Below are positions 39,701 through 49,365 of a stretch of DNA of 64,000 nucleotides, piece after piece. Origin of the DNA: a virus. The notes under the pieces were generated by a model. That model ran no database searches, had not been told where the DNA came from, and saw nothing but the letters and a program-made list of their open reading frames with translations. The position numbers and the translations under genes are program-made. How positions within the stretch are numbered: position 1 is the stretch's first letter; each line of letters starts with the position of its first letter. Location of the stretch: positions 32,001 through 96,000 of the IMG/VR virus record IMGVR_UViG_3300030099_006944, one strand, 5' to 3'.

Positions 39701-41506
39701 TATTGCTTTGGTCCACAAGGCATCAAAAACATCAACAGGAACGCTATGCAACTTTCCGCATCGATTGATTTTCAAACAGTAAATTCAATCGCCGGAGAAT
39801 ATCAACGCATAGTTAACAACCAAGACGGCACTCAAAATGTACAGGTTGTTACAGACAATGATGTAGGAAGCCGTTGGGTTATACAAACTAAATTCGAGAC
39901 CCCTATTTTGAATTTTAATAGCATATCGGTTGCTAATGGCACTTTGAAACTACCAGACAACGGCAACAATGTTGCTGCCTCGACACCACGTGGTATGTGG
40001 CATCAGTACGGATCCATTCCTGCGACACAAGAGGGTGTGTTTTTAGAGGTAAATGACATTCCTTCTAATTGGACTCAAAGAATTAGTGCATCGTCACCAA
40101 CCGTATATAGTTTGGCTGATCTGGTGGGATTCGATTCTATTCCGCGGAAACTTGGAAAGGTCGCAACTTCTAAGATTGTACGCGAAGCCGTTGTAGCGGT
40201 ACCTTATTACATGGTGCAAGATCAGAAAATCTACGTACGTTTGAACGAACCAGCAACAAGGGCATATATAAACTCCGGAATTTCTTCTGTTGGTTTCTCT
40301 CAGAATCTTAAAGACCAAATCGATCGAATGAGAAGATATGTATTCCCTCCGGAATTAGATTTTATCAATAACGATTCCCTTCTTCCAATGGCAATGTATA
40401 TTTTTGAATTTAGTATGGAGTTTACTCAAAAAGACCTAGCAGATATGTGGCAAAACCTTCCACCTGATGGGTTCTGTTATACTGGCCCGGGCGAAAATCC
40501 ACATACAGAATTTGAAACTGAAGAGCAGTCTATAACACACGATCTGAACCTATCAGAAATTTTGGGCGGAGGTAATGGTTCTGGTATGCCTTCTCCAAAC
40601 GAAACTCATTCTTTGCACAAAACTTTGGGCTCTTTAGGTGCAGGTGGTCAATCTCCTCTGCGATGGATGGTCTTCAAAGTTAAACAGCGCGCCTCTGGGT
40701 ATTATTATGATAAACTAGCTTCAAAAAATATTGCCGGTCCAAATCAAACTGCTCCGGGTGTTGCCCCGGGACAAAGACAGTCTACTTCAACAAATTCTGC
40801 TATCAAGGACATGGTTGATGCCGGTATACAATCTAACTGGCCCTATGATTATTTCTCAATAGTTGAATTGGCAAAGCTAGATGCGGAAGTTGAATTTAAG
40901 TTTGACGGAGCTTTACCCGGACCAACGGCTGTACTAAACACAGAAGACCCAGAAGAAGCCCCAGAAGATCTTCCGGATGGAGTAGAGACAGCTTTCCAAG
41001 CAGAGTATGATGAAAATAATGCAACCATTGATGATAGCGAAGTAGAGGAGGTCAATCTATCCGGCTTGCCGGACGGTGCCACTTCTGGTGGAGTTATTCC
41101 GTCTGCGAGATGGTATGCATTGTATGAATATCCGACACCTGTTTTAGCAGCCGCCGCCGGTGTTTATACCGATAATGCTGGTGGGCTTTTGTATGGCAAC
41201 GTCTCGTTTATAGATTTCCATCAAAGAGATCTTCCTAATGGTACAACCATAAGATATACAAGATCAGAGTTTTTAGGCTCTGCACAAGAATACCAAGCAG
41301 CAATGGATGCTTACATCGCTCACAGAAAATCTTATCATATGAATTCTGGTCAATATGCAGGATGGCAAATCAACCAAGCACAACAAGCAGCAGAATCCAA
41401 TGCAATAGATAGATTTCGTGGAGAAAGAACTATTGATGGCGTAACTTATAGGGTCATCAGAGACAGAATTAATGACGATGCCCGTCCGGGAGACACAACA
41501 GCATGA
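36797..41506 (+). CDS. Large structural protein (~1570 aa)
   Basis: GGAGG RBS at 36786-36790 supports the ATG at 36797; HRNGPYGWPSWKQIR, LPEYRIS, WPYDYFSIVEL motifs; acidic linker and an appended C-terminal domain. Confidence 0.7.
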   Translation: MPLFVDFIGLNNLVSSSVDTTTNTIETGINTSIKTIATADLQAAINTHRNGPYGWPSWKQIRIGENPVSRYHRANSDLTYFKEPGELYTLGFATQQGGVQITSPNYGTARRSALRSKEEPAVCQMSYPLELNMSYRPVLMNGARGQLVFGTEKVSVGLEQQFFANKSTNDDHNIIKPNIRAPGTPYSVMTSKYLGGVWENGTSPYDSWESLTYKETIFPKPRNMFRKEVRTRQTLPSFFRHNRLDRNQTFLTNSYGFHVFDGQYDLRGVYVSGSHTRALTQSTWPLDVEDHFYYPRFNEITKGADTQFYGGLRPLNRMAGNGGGAQHVVLAKAQGFGGIEGISDTNYFAGASGSKGGAGILMNNYSQLLVNNPVVELSIGDLSLSKAALRFMDKFISPAPYYSRRQTNRFTSSVGNPTGMAIPETASINQHTDASSIKWQAFGLGGALWQAAEQANKKPFYDSYESFSKNIRLIGKNYSVLPEYRISNHLDDLLVGTHYRDIQDILEVTGGQSGKSLSSHEGFYNTYSHSEFMKLFEVIEDDHETFGDFPAPYVGTTKQMYQRLTLRCSVIKKFLPYEGFYPCQRTVQMAEQFYSDCIDFTSIEMAGATAEDVIASLLDHNHNFQFQNLMATLFAPGTLFNTIKAGVACDYPIRSDTNDWASNLLGYGEPMVSQRSYPADYLNPASPQIPDYYLSGEFDKRIPFEALVEPAKYLAGYDIMPSEPHPSGAMSASVLWTGQTKTNKYVMMMNNFLAEVPEFFLQDQKFTMLTSRTSDDPSFGNVVNGRIYGMRIKMYRSMNQARNMVEGKGEVFYNTPQDIVATRTAQDPTTGVNFQQPLRETLTMYSRPTAFGPPSIGFNVLQTSGMTGSVEVKLWENESYGIALTGAATTGKQAPEFHKDSRNGYNFPYTPPYYHGESWIDVYYTASATGKKSVHDIINNLNIEYNRFDYGHYKTYGSTSGEWYGKFAYCFGPQGIKNINRNAMQLSASIDFQTVNSIAGEYQRIVNNQDGTQNVQVVTDNDVGSRWVIQTKFETPILNFNSISVANGTLKLPDNGNNVAASTPRGMWHQYGSIPATQEGVFLEVNDIPSNWTQRISASSPTVYSLADLVGFDSIPRKLGKVATSKIVREAVVAVPYYMVQDQKIYVRLNEPATRAYINSGISSVGFSQNLKDQIDRMRRYVFPPELDFINNDSLLPMAMYIFEFSMEFTQKDLADMWQNLPPDGFCYTGPGENPHTEFETEEQSITHDLNLSEILGGGNGSGMPSPNETHSLHKTLGSLGAGGQSPLRWMVFKVKQRASGYYYDKLASKNIAGPNQTAPGVAPGQRQSTSTNSAIKDMVDAGIQSNWPYDYFSIVELAKLDAEVEFKFDGALPGPTAVLNTEDPEEAPEDLPDGVETAFQAEYDENNATIDDSEVEEVNLSGLPDGATSGGVIPSARWYALYEYPTPVLAAAAGVYTDNAGGLLYGNVSFIDFHQRDLPNGTTIRYTRSEFLGSAQEYQAAMDAYIAHRKSYHMNSGQYAGWQINQAQQAAESNAIDRFRGERTIDGVTYRVIRDRINDDARPGDTTA

Positions 41507-42483
41507 CATTTTTCAATAAAAAAACTGATGTGATCAATTTTGAATTGACCCCTTTGGGGCGAGAATTGCTAGCGCAAGGAAAATTAAAACCCAAGCATTA
41601 CGAGTTTGTCGACGATGATATATTGTATGATATTGCTTATGATGGTACTAGTACGGAGACACAAGAATCGGCGCATAATAGAATTGTTAATGAGACGCCG
41701 CGACTCAAAAACATCTTGATCAAATCCGGTGTTGAGTCGAATTTTATTATCAAGGAAACAGCCGGACATTATAACGACAGGATATATAATAGAAGATTGA
41801 CATACGATCAGAAATCCTACGATGCCTTAGGGCAGAGTTCATATGTTTCAGATATGAGCCCTTCGTTTCAAGTGCAAATGCTTAAGGGAGAGATATCCAG
41901 CAGCGCAAACTATTTGACCAGTTCAGTGGTAACTCACTTGCCGATTCCACAAGTTGAAATAGATGTCGCATTAGTTTTGTCGACTGGGTCAGTTGCACTA
42001 GATGATCGCGACAACCTAGGTATGATTTCAGATATATATCCGGATGGAAAATTTATTATTATGGAAACAGAATTTCCTTTAATACACTTAAAAGAATTCG
42101 GATCTTTTTACGAAAAGGAGAATTTTGAAATCGAAGTATATAGTATAGAGTCGGATACAATAGCAAACCAACAAACTGTGGAGAAATTAGTGCCCCTTTT
42201 ATTCGCAAAAGAACATAATCATATAAAAAATGGTATATATTTAGAAGAAGAGCCAATAGAAGGTGATCCTGAGGTCGTTGCTTTGCATGAAGAAGTTTCT
42301 TATTATTTTGACATACTGGTTGACGACGAAATACCACGTGAAGAAATCTGTGAGGCTGTGGAAGAATTATCTATCAACAGTCAGTTTCTAGATAAAGAAT
42401 TGTTGTGTCCGGATAAGCGCACTGACCGTTTTAACTTGTACGGCACACAAGTTACCGATTCTGACATAGAGGATTGTGATTAA
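41503..42483 (+). CDS. Structural (baseplate-associated) protein
   Basis: N-terminal FELTPLGRELLAQG...YEFVDDDILYD is paralogous to the N-terminus of 48414-49352. Confidence 0.6.
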   Translation: MTFFNKKTDVINFELTPLGRELLAQGKLKPKHYEFVDDDILYDIAYDGTSTETQESAHNRIVNETPRLKNILIKSGVESNFIIKETAGHYNDRIYNRRLTYDQKSYDALGQSSYVSDMSPSFQVQMLKGEISSSANYLTSSVVTHLPIPQVEIDVALVLSTGSVALDDRDNLGMISDIYPDGKFIIMETEFPLIHLKEFGSFYEKENFEIEVYSIESDTIANQQTVEKLVPLLFAKEHNHIKNGIYLEEEPIEGDPEVVALHEEVSYYFDILVDDEIPREEICEAVEELSINSQFLDKELLCPDKRTDRFNLYGTQVTDSDIEDCD

Positions 42484-45400
42484 TGAGTATTTATGATGTA
42501 GGTGTGGAGAACCTCCCCAATGTATACATTCAGGACGTTAAAGTGGTCGTCGAAGCAAATGAGAAAATTCTTTTAACTTCGGTTTACTTAAAAGATCATT
42601 TGTACAAACCCTCATGGTCCGGAGAAAACCAAATCTTGGAAGACCTTAGAGTCAGATTACTAGTCGTGTATGATGACGGATCCAACTTGGGTGAATACAA
42701 CGCGATTGTAGACTCCTTAAATGCCGGCACAGCTTCTGTGTTGGACTATGAAGATGTCAGTAGTAATTATACAATCGCATCAGAAGAACCCAATACATTC
42801 GTTGGTCCGAAGCCTGATCAAGCCTTGGCTATATATCGCGCGAGTTTTAATATTAGCTTACCTAAAAATTGTTCTGACATTACCCTGTATGTTTGTTCGT
42901 ATTATGACTTTGGAACAACTTTAAAAAATGATTTTTTCAACTATTTTGCCGGACCAGTAGCGTCCGAAAAAATTATGTCTGCCGGAGAAAGAAACCAAAA
43001 CTCAGGATACTTTTATTTTCCAGATACCAATGAACCATATGGAGGCCCAGTTCACTATCATGAAGGCGTTGGGTATATGGAAGGATCCACACACAGAGAT
43101 GCCCCGCATCCTTTGTTGGTTTTTGTCGACAGAAAAGATCCCAAAATAAAATTAGGAGAAAGTATTCTCGACATACCTTCGATTGACAAAAGCGCTTTAC
43201 CATCTAACATGTCGACACAAATTAACGACAACAACATAGCGCACATAGAAACATACACCATGACAAAAAAGTCTAGTGTGCAATCTTTGGTGCACATAAA
43301 TCCAGCAGCTATGATACTTCAAGCAACAGACAGTGCAGCAATTTTGAGACATCTAAATCCGGCAGAATATCAGAGGTTAATCAGCCAGAATTTTCAGATT
43401 TTGTCACTTAAGATATTTCGAAAGCACCACAATTCTAGTGCTCGCAATATGGAATCAGACCCGAATGAATTGATAATCGACGTCCCAGTCATTGGGAATT
43501 CATTTCCTAGAAGCTGTTGTTACGTGTTCGATCCAAACACAGAAACTTCTGCGAAATATTCTTTCACAAATAAATCAATTATAAACGCTAGTCGCCCTCA
43601 AAGCCAAGGAGATATGTTGATAGTCCCCGGGGAAATTTACAAATCAGACTTGGAGAAATCTACGTCACACAAAATTTCTGAGATTCAAGAATTGGGGTTT
43701 ATGCAAGATGCTAGTATAAGAACTTTCCTGTTAGAAGATATGCTGTATGCCTCCTCTGCTCCGCAAATTTCATATGTTGTAAGTGTATCATTTAGGCAGA
43801 CCCTAGACTACTACATTAAGCAGGTACTAAATAATTTGTCTGTTTCGATTAATTTTTTGTCTAGTTTGATATCAGACTGCGGAAGGTCCGCCAATTATAA
43901 TGTGGCCTTCGGGACTTTTACCGAAGCTTACAAGTCTTTTGTTGCAGCGGAAATTGGGATTGATTATAATCCTGCCACTAAAAATGTTTTTTTGAACGCG
44001 TTTCTCTCCAATTTGGATATCTATGATGTCCAACCAGACCCTTATATAAAATTGATAGGGTCTGCTGTTGATGCGCACAAACTATTGTATACTTCCGGTT
44101 CCGACCAAATGATACAATCTCTTGTCGACAGTATACTTCCTTTTACAACCACTGTGGAAACATTAAGAGCACTATATGATGATTTAATGAGAATACAACA
44201 AGAGATAGAATCAATATATGGAATTAGCTCTTCAAACTTTGCAAACAGTAATGAATCTAATACCGGGGAGGTTGTTACTAGTTTGTTTGTTGATAACGGT
44301 GACACTTTCGAAATTCAACCGGTTGATTTAGGATATAATGTTTTCACAAACTTAGAAGGATCAAATATAAAATTTACCAAACAACAACTAAGAAACAGAT
44401 TGTCTTACGAAGAAAAATATTACATGAACTTGAAAAACAATCCCGAGGCCCCTTCTATAGATTCTAGTGTTAGGGATAATTTTGATTACTACAAGATCGA
44501 TCGTCTAAGGTATCTTACTCCGTTAGGGATCAAGATAGAAGACAGCCTCATCGATCTAACGCCTAGCTTTACAGACATCAATTCCTCTGCGATTATGTTT
44601 TTCAGACTACGTGCTATGGGTTTTATATCCGATACTACTCCCAACAATTCATCTGGTGAGAATGCCTTTTCCGGAAAAATGACAGCAACCGACGGTAGTG
44701 TACTTTCTATAACAAATGAAAACTTAGATGAAGAAGAAGATGGCTTAGTAATAATACCATCGACACAGTATACAAATCCGCTTAATGGAAACACTATTAC
44801 AATCGACGGGTTAAAGTTGGGGGACGATGATGACATCTGGCTTCCAAATTCTGAATCGGATATACTTTTGGTATCCGCTTTTTCGACATTGCAAACGGTC
44901 TCTCCAAGCTGGTATCTAGATTATCCGCCGCACCATAAAGCCATGATGTTTGATAATTGGGGTATGTCGGGATATGATTTTTTTACCAACAACAGGTTTC
45001 GTAGAATAATAGCAGAGACTGCCATGAATGTCATGAGGATGGAGTGTATAACTGGTTTTGATAATTCCTCAACTTCTGGTCTTGAAATTTTAAGTAGCCC
45101 AACAATTACAGCACTGTCAGATGACTTGCTGAACTCAAACAAGCCGTTCTTTTGTTTTTGCGAACCACACAGTCCAGACATTGGCTTTGGTTATTTCAAA
45201 TCCACACAGGCTGATTCCGCACGAACAGAACCGGTTCCTGTTTTAAACAACTTGGCTTATACCGTAGGACAAGTAGAAATATCACGAACTGATCCGTTAA
45301 AGATTACAACAAACTTCACATACAATTATAGAGACTTGAAGGAGTATTATAAATCAAACATTGTCTTGCAAGATCCTAATAAGACCGGTGTTTTGTCATA

Positions 45401-46190
45401 TCTTGGATCGCATCCGTTAGATTTAAGCGCAGCAGCACTTTTAGACATTGTTCCACCTAATGTGGTGGGAATAGAAGCGTCTGGTAAGCCCGTTTTGGCA
45501 CCAAGACCATCGGGGTACGGAGTAACTAATTTCCCAATTGATACCAGACCAACAGATGCTAATGACAGACCAGTCGGCACTGGGATAGATCGTGGATTAG
45601 GTGTGGTTGGTCAAGGTAACACAAATGCATACCGTGGTCAACGTAACCGTCAACCGGGCGCGATGGGAAGCATGCCTCAACCCGGATCACCGGTCGGAGC
45701 ATATGGTTCTGGTGGTGCGCGTAGTACCCCAACAGCACCGGGATCAGGTCGTCGTAGTTCATTACCGAACCCTAGAACAACCCCATCATCTCGAACAGCC
45801 CCATCGTTACCCACAGGTGGAAACACCGATAATGCACCAACTGGACGTGGAATAACATCGATGCCCGGACGATCTAGTTCTTCGGTACCAAGAGGCAACA
45901 GCAATTCGCCACATAATGTACCCGGCACTAGATCGGCAAAAGCTCCTAGTCGACCTCCACGACCTTCTGGTCAAAGAAACAGTCCGCCTTCATCGAGGGG
46001 CACACCGCAAAGTTCTCCTAGCGGAAGATCTAGTGGTAATGTGACCGGCGGCAATACAACCGGTGGAACATCTTCACAACCAACTCCTTCATCTCCACAG
46101 AGTTCACCTTCTAGTAGAAGCACTGGAACTCCCAGCAGAAGGTCTAGTGGTAACGTGAGCGGCAGAAACACAGGCGGAGGAAGATATTAA
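42483..46190 (+). CDS. Large structural protein (1235 aa) with His cluster and low-complexity C-terminal tail
   Basis: Long ORF coupled on both sides (TAATG); YGGPVHYHEG..YMEGSTH...PH motif; last ~200 aa are S/P/G/T/R-rich. Confidence 0.7.
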   Translation: MSIYDVGVENLPNVYIQDVKVVVEANEKILLTSVYLKDHLYKPSWSGENQILEDLRVRLLVVYDDGSNLGEYNAIVDSLNAGTASVLDYEDVSSNYTIASEEPNTFVGPKPDQALAIYRASFNISLPKNCSDITLYVCSYYDFGTTLKNDFFNYFAGPVASEKIMSAGERNQNSGYFYFPDTNEPYGGPVHYHEGVGYMEGSTHRDAPHPLLVFVDRKDPKIKLGESILDIPSIDKSALPSNMSTQINDNNIAHIETYTMTKKSSVQSLVHINPAAMILQATDSAAILRHLNPAEYQRLISQNFQILSLKIFRKHHNSSARNMESDPNELIIDVPVIGNSFPRSCCYVFDPNTETSAKYSFTNKSIINASRPQSQGDMLIVPGEIYKSDLEKSTSHKISEIQELGFMQDASIRTFLLEDMLYASSAPQISYVVSVSFRQTLDYYIKQVLNNLSVSINFLSSLISDCGRSANYNVAFGTFTEAYKSFVAAEIGIDYNPATKNVFLNAFLSNLDIYDVQPDPYIKLIGSAVDAHKLLYTSGSDQMIQSLVDSILPFTTTVETLRALYDDLMRIQQEIESIYGISSSNFANSNESNTGEVVTSLFVDNGDTFEIQPVDLGYNVFTNLEGSNIKFTKQQLRNRLSYEEKYYMNLKNNPEAPSIDSSVRDNFDYYKIDRLRYLTPLGIKIEDSLIDLTPSFTDINSSAIMFFRLRAMGFISDTTPNNSSGENAFSGKMTATDGSVLSITNENLDEEEDGLVIIPSTQYTNPLNGNTITIDGLKLGDDDDIWLPNSESDILLVSAFSTLQTVSPSWYLDYPPHHKAMMFDNWGMSGYDFFTNNRFRRIIAETAMNVMRMECITGFDNSSTSGLEILSSPTITALSDDLLNSNKPFFCFCEPHSPDIGFGYFKSTQADSARTEPVPVLNNLAYTVGQVEISRTDPLKITTNFTYNYRDLKEYYKSNIVLQDPNKTGVLSYLGSHPLDLSAAALLDIVPPNVVGIEASGKPVLAPRPSGYGVTNFPIDTRPTDANDRPVGTGIDRGLGVVGQGNTNAYRGQRNRQPGAMGSMPQPGSPVGAYGSGGARSTPTAPGSGRRSSLPNPRTTPSSRTAPSLPTGGNTDNAPTGRGITSMPGRSSSSVPRGNSNSPHNVPGTRSAKAPSRPPRPSGQRNSPPSSRGTPQSSPSGRSSGNVTGGNTTGGTSSQPTPSSPQSSPSSRSTGTPSRRSSGNVSGRNTGGGRY
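45560..46187 (+). repeat. Low-complexity, GC-richer coding tract with short degenerate repeats
   Basis: PQSSPSGRSSGNVTGGNTTGG vs PQSSPSSRS...RSSGNVSGRNTGGG; DNA agatctagtggtaatgtgaccggcggcaatac vs aggtctagtggtaacgtgagcggcagaaacac. Confidence 0.75.
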
Positions 46191-48394
46191 TGAGAAAATA
46201 TTTTAACGTAAACAACTATCAAACAAACAACGATAGACTAAGAGGTCATTTGGGTAATTTTCCGGCTATAACTGGTTCGGTCAGTTACAGGGATAACAAA
46301 ATCACCAATGAAGTCATAGAGCCACCTGTCATTCACAAGAACAAAATCTTTCCCTCTATAACTCAAAAGGTTTTTGTGTATTCTGATGAAAACGTGTTTC
46401 GTGATGGAGCACAATGGAGAGCGCACATAAACTCTTTGATTCAGCCTAATTTATATGTTGACCACTCTTTTGCAACTAACATAAGGTCTACGGAGTGTAA
46501 TTTTCATCGATTAAGACACATACCAGAGTATGAAGATTTCTGCAAGGGCCTAGATACACGAGAACTCTTAAATTATAATATAGCTTATACAACTAGTGAT
46601 AGTGAGTTGATCAATGACATGGCTACCTTGAGAAACACGTTTGACGGTGATTTATTTTATGGCGATTTCGGAGCGAAAGGGAACAACAAGCACTTACAGA
46701 CAGTGATCGACAATTACGATAGACGCTTGGCACTATCAGAGGTGGGTAGAAGAAATATTGTAGCCAAGAACCAGAACATATACATTATGAACAAAACCAA
46801 AAGTTCTAGAATAAAATTAAAGGATCCAATATTTCCTTGCAACGTAAAGATCACTAGCAACAACCACATCTTACATAACAACGAATTGTTAGATATATTT
46901 GAAGAATATAATTATGAAAAATTAATATTTCAAGCAATAAACAACAACTCTCCTTCGCAAATCATTGAATTTCAAGGCGCATCTATGATAAAGGCTTATG
47001 ATTTGATTGAGTTGTTTTCAAATCTAGATTTTAAGAACTTCCAAGAAAAAGAGAATGAATTGTTTTTGTTAAACGAAAATGATAAAGTAGACAACTTAGT
47101 TAACCGGTTTGTAAATCAAATTAACACAATTAAGGTTTTAGAAAAAATAAACAACTTGATTCAAGAAAATTTAAGAGACTATAATAAGATCATAAACACG
47201 GATCTTTGCAAAAGATATAATCTTGGCTATAAAATAGAGAAATACATTAACAATGACAATGGTGCACCTATACAAACATATTATATAAAAAATGATGAAA
47301 ATCATTTAGAACACATCGACACCCAGCTTAAATTTGGAACAAAATATTTTTACAAGGTGTACAACATCTCTTGTGTTATGGGTAACTCATATACTTATGA
47401 GAACATTGATATATCTAGCTTTGATGATGAAAACGAATTTCTCAATGAGAATTATGACACCACCCATGCATATAGGGCCAGTGCCACCGTCTCTATCGCT
47501 CCATCTATAAAGATTTTAGAGATCCCTATACATTCCTCTGCGAAAATGTTTTTCGATCTCGTGCCTCCGAAACCGTGGGTTGAGTTTTCTTTGAGTAGTA
47601 AAGGAGTAATGATTGACTTGGAGCCTATGGGATACAATAATTTAGAAAAGTTTGAGTACAAGCCAATCCACCCAGATGAAGCTTACGTGCGTGAAAACTT
47701 GGCTATGGCATCGGATGGGTTTGCAGAAAACGACAGAAGTACAGAATATTTCAACGGTACCTATATGATTTATCGATTAACTGAGCCGCCAAAATCTATG
47801 GAAGATTTTTATACTGCTCCGTCAAAAAGAGTTGAGGGACACATGGAGATAATTCAAAACAACAAGGTCGACCAAACAAGTCAACCACAAAAGAAAGTAA
47901 AGATGCTTTATTTATCTCATGATGACAAGATTTTGTCGAATAGAAAATATTATTATATATTCCGAGCAGTATCTCACCATGGTACACTATCAAATCCGTC
48001 CGATATATATGAGGTGGAAGTGGTTAAAACAGCCTCTGATAAACTACTTAATGTGAATTTATACGAATTCAAAACGCATAAGCGACATAAGAAGACAAAG
48101 GATTTTAAGAGACTTTTAAAGATTGAGCCTAGCTTTTTTCACATTCAATTTCCGTGGTCGGTCGACGCTGGTAATGTTGAGGATGCCTTGGATATCATGG
48201 CCGCTCCCGGGGACGGAGGCCACAGAAGTGTTGCAGATATCAGCTCTACTGAGGCACTAGATACAATAGGCGATGCAGGAAAGAAGCTGTTCTCTGAGTT
48301 GGGGAACAAGTTTAAGATCAGATTGACATCGAAGCATACAGGCAAAAAAATTGATTTAAATGTTAATTTTAAAATAATTAAGAAGACTAATTAA
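46190..48394 (+). CDS. Structural-module hypothetical protein (734 aa)
   Basis: Long ORF, Asn/Ile/Lys-rich and AT-rich in its middle; FNIII-like hints (KYFYKVY, KYYYIFRAVS); C-terminal KFKIRLTSKHTGKKIDLNV. Confidence 0.65.
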   Translation: MRKYFNVNNYQTNNDRLRGHLGNFPAITGSVSYRDNKITNEVIEPPVIHKNKIFPSITQKVFVYSDENVFRDGAQWRAHINSLIQPNLYVDHSFATNIRSTECNFHRLRHIPEYEDFCKGLDTRELLNYNIAYTTSDSELINDMATLRNTFDGDLFYGDFGAKGNNKHLQTVIDNYDRRLALSEVGRRNIVAKNQNIYIMNKTKSSRIKLKDPIFPCNVKITSNNHILHNNELLDIFEEYNYEKLIFQAINNNSPSQIIEFQGASMIKAYDLIELFSNLDFKNFQEKENELFLLNENDKVDNLVNRFVNQINTIKVLEKINNLIQENLRDYNKIINTDLCKRYNLGYKIEKYINNDNGAPIQTYYIKNDENHLEHIDTQLKFGTKYFYKVYNISCVMGNSYTYENIDISSFDDENEFLNENYDTTHAYRASATVSIAPSIKILEIPIHSSAKMFFDLVPPKPWVEFSLSSKGVMIDLEPMGYNNLEKFEYKPIHPDEAYVRENLAMASDGFAENDRSTEYFNGTYMIYRLTEPPKSMEDFYTAPSKRVEGHMEIIQNNKVDQTSQPQKKVKMLYLSHDDKILSNRKYYYIFRAVSHHGTLSNPSDIYEVEVVKTASDKLLNVNLYEFKTHKRHKKTKDFKRLLKIEPSFFHIQFPWSVDAGNVEDALDIMAAPGDGGHRSVADISSTEALDTIGDAGKKLFSELGNKFKIRLTSKHTGKKIDLNVNFKIIKKTN
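48387..48394 (+). promoter_or_regulatory. Candidate late-promoter motif CTAATTAA
   Basis: Overlaps the stop codon, is followed by a second TAATTAAGG and the AAGGAG RBS of 48414. Confidence 0.45.
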
Positions 48395-48413
48395 GGTAAT
48401 TAAGGAGAATATT

Positions 48414-49352
48414 ATGGGTTTTCAAGATAACAGCGGCGACATTATATTAGATGTGGTACTAACAGACGAAGGCAGAAAAAAGCTAGCAGCAGGGAATTTT
48501 AATGTGACTCACTTTGCTTTGGGAGACGACGAGATAAATTACGAATTGTTTAACGTAGGTGCTTCAACTGCTCTCCAAGATTTGAGTATTTTACAAACCC
48601 CAGTATTAGAAGCATTCACTAATAACACAGCGTCAATGAAAAGCAAATTATTATACGGAATAGGATCTGGTAACGCTGGTATGATGAGTATTTGGTATTT
48701 GCCCACTCTGCTTCTTAATACCCTGAAAACCAACTCCAAAACCGAAGCAAATAAAAATGTATACATGGTGACAGCCGATAGTAACAGCTATACTAATACT
48801 AGTAACACTGGAATAGGAAGGACTGCAAACGGTGCTGTTGCTGGTATTCAAAATGGCGCCTTGACTTCCGGAGGAAGCAATAGCGATGGTCAGATTATAC
48901 GCGTAGATGCCGGTTATAACACCGGAGACACAAATTCGATTGATACTAATGTCTTCGAATCTAGTTTTACAATAACCATGGACGATCGTTTATTAAAACT
49001 GCGAGACACCACTGGTCAAGCACTGGGTTATGTTGATATTGATGATGACGGGTTTGCAATATACAATTCGGTTTCATTATTTAACGCAGCCTCTCAGACT
49101 GTTACTAATAGTGTAGAAACTCCAATCGTCAATGGTGGATATTTGACGGGATTCTTGGCCTTTAAACTTGGTGCGAATACTGCGAATCTAGTGTCCAGTT
49201 ATCTTTTTGATAAAATGGGTAACACCAGCACTATGACAAACGAAGCCGGCGGTACTCAGGATATCAAATATATCGATACTACTGTGAGAGTCACTGGTAA
49301 TGTTTTGGGGTCCTCAATTGATATACCGGTTAGAGTCGTAAAATTAGCTTAA
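48414..49352 (+). CDS. Structural (baseplate-associated) protein
   Basis: MGFQDNSGDIILDVVLTDEGRKKLA...THFALGDDEINY...ILQTPVLEAF motif; paralogous N-terminus to 41503-42483. Confidence 0.65.
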   Translation: MGFQDNSGDIILDVVLTDEGRKKLAAGNFNVTHFALGDDEINYELFNVGASTALQDLSILQTPVLEAFTNNTASMKSKLLYGIGSGNAGMMSIWYLPTLLLNTLKTNSKTEANKNVYMVTADSNSYTNTSNTGIGRTANGAVAGIQNGALTSGGSNSDGQIIRVDAGYNTGDTNSIDTNVFESSFTITMDDRLLKLRDTTGQALGYVDIDDDGFAIYNSVSLFNAASQTVTNSVETPIVNGGYLTGFLAFKLGANTANLVSSYLFDKMGNTSTMTNEAGGTQDIKYIDTTVRVTGNVLGSSIDIPVRVVKLA

Positions 49353-49365
49353 AAAAGGATAGAAA

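Noticed and set aside
17290-41506. Inteins or introns in the giant ORFs, primase or terminase
   Set aside because: No C/S...HN-C/S/T splice motifs or LAGLIDADG/HNH blocks were recognised by eye; an HMM scan would be needed to exclude them fully.
45601-45928. Alternative-frame ORFs over the low-complexity tail
   Set aside because: Expected by-product of GC-richer repetitive coding sequence; no RBS or motif.
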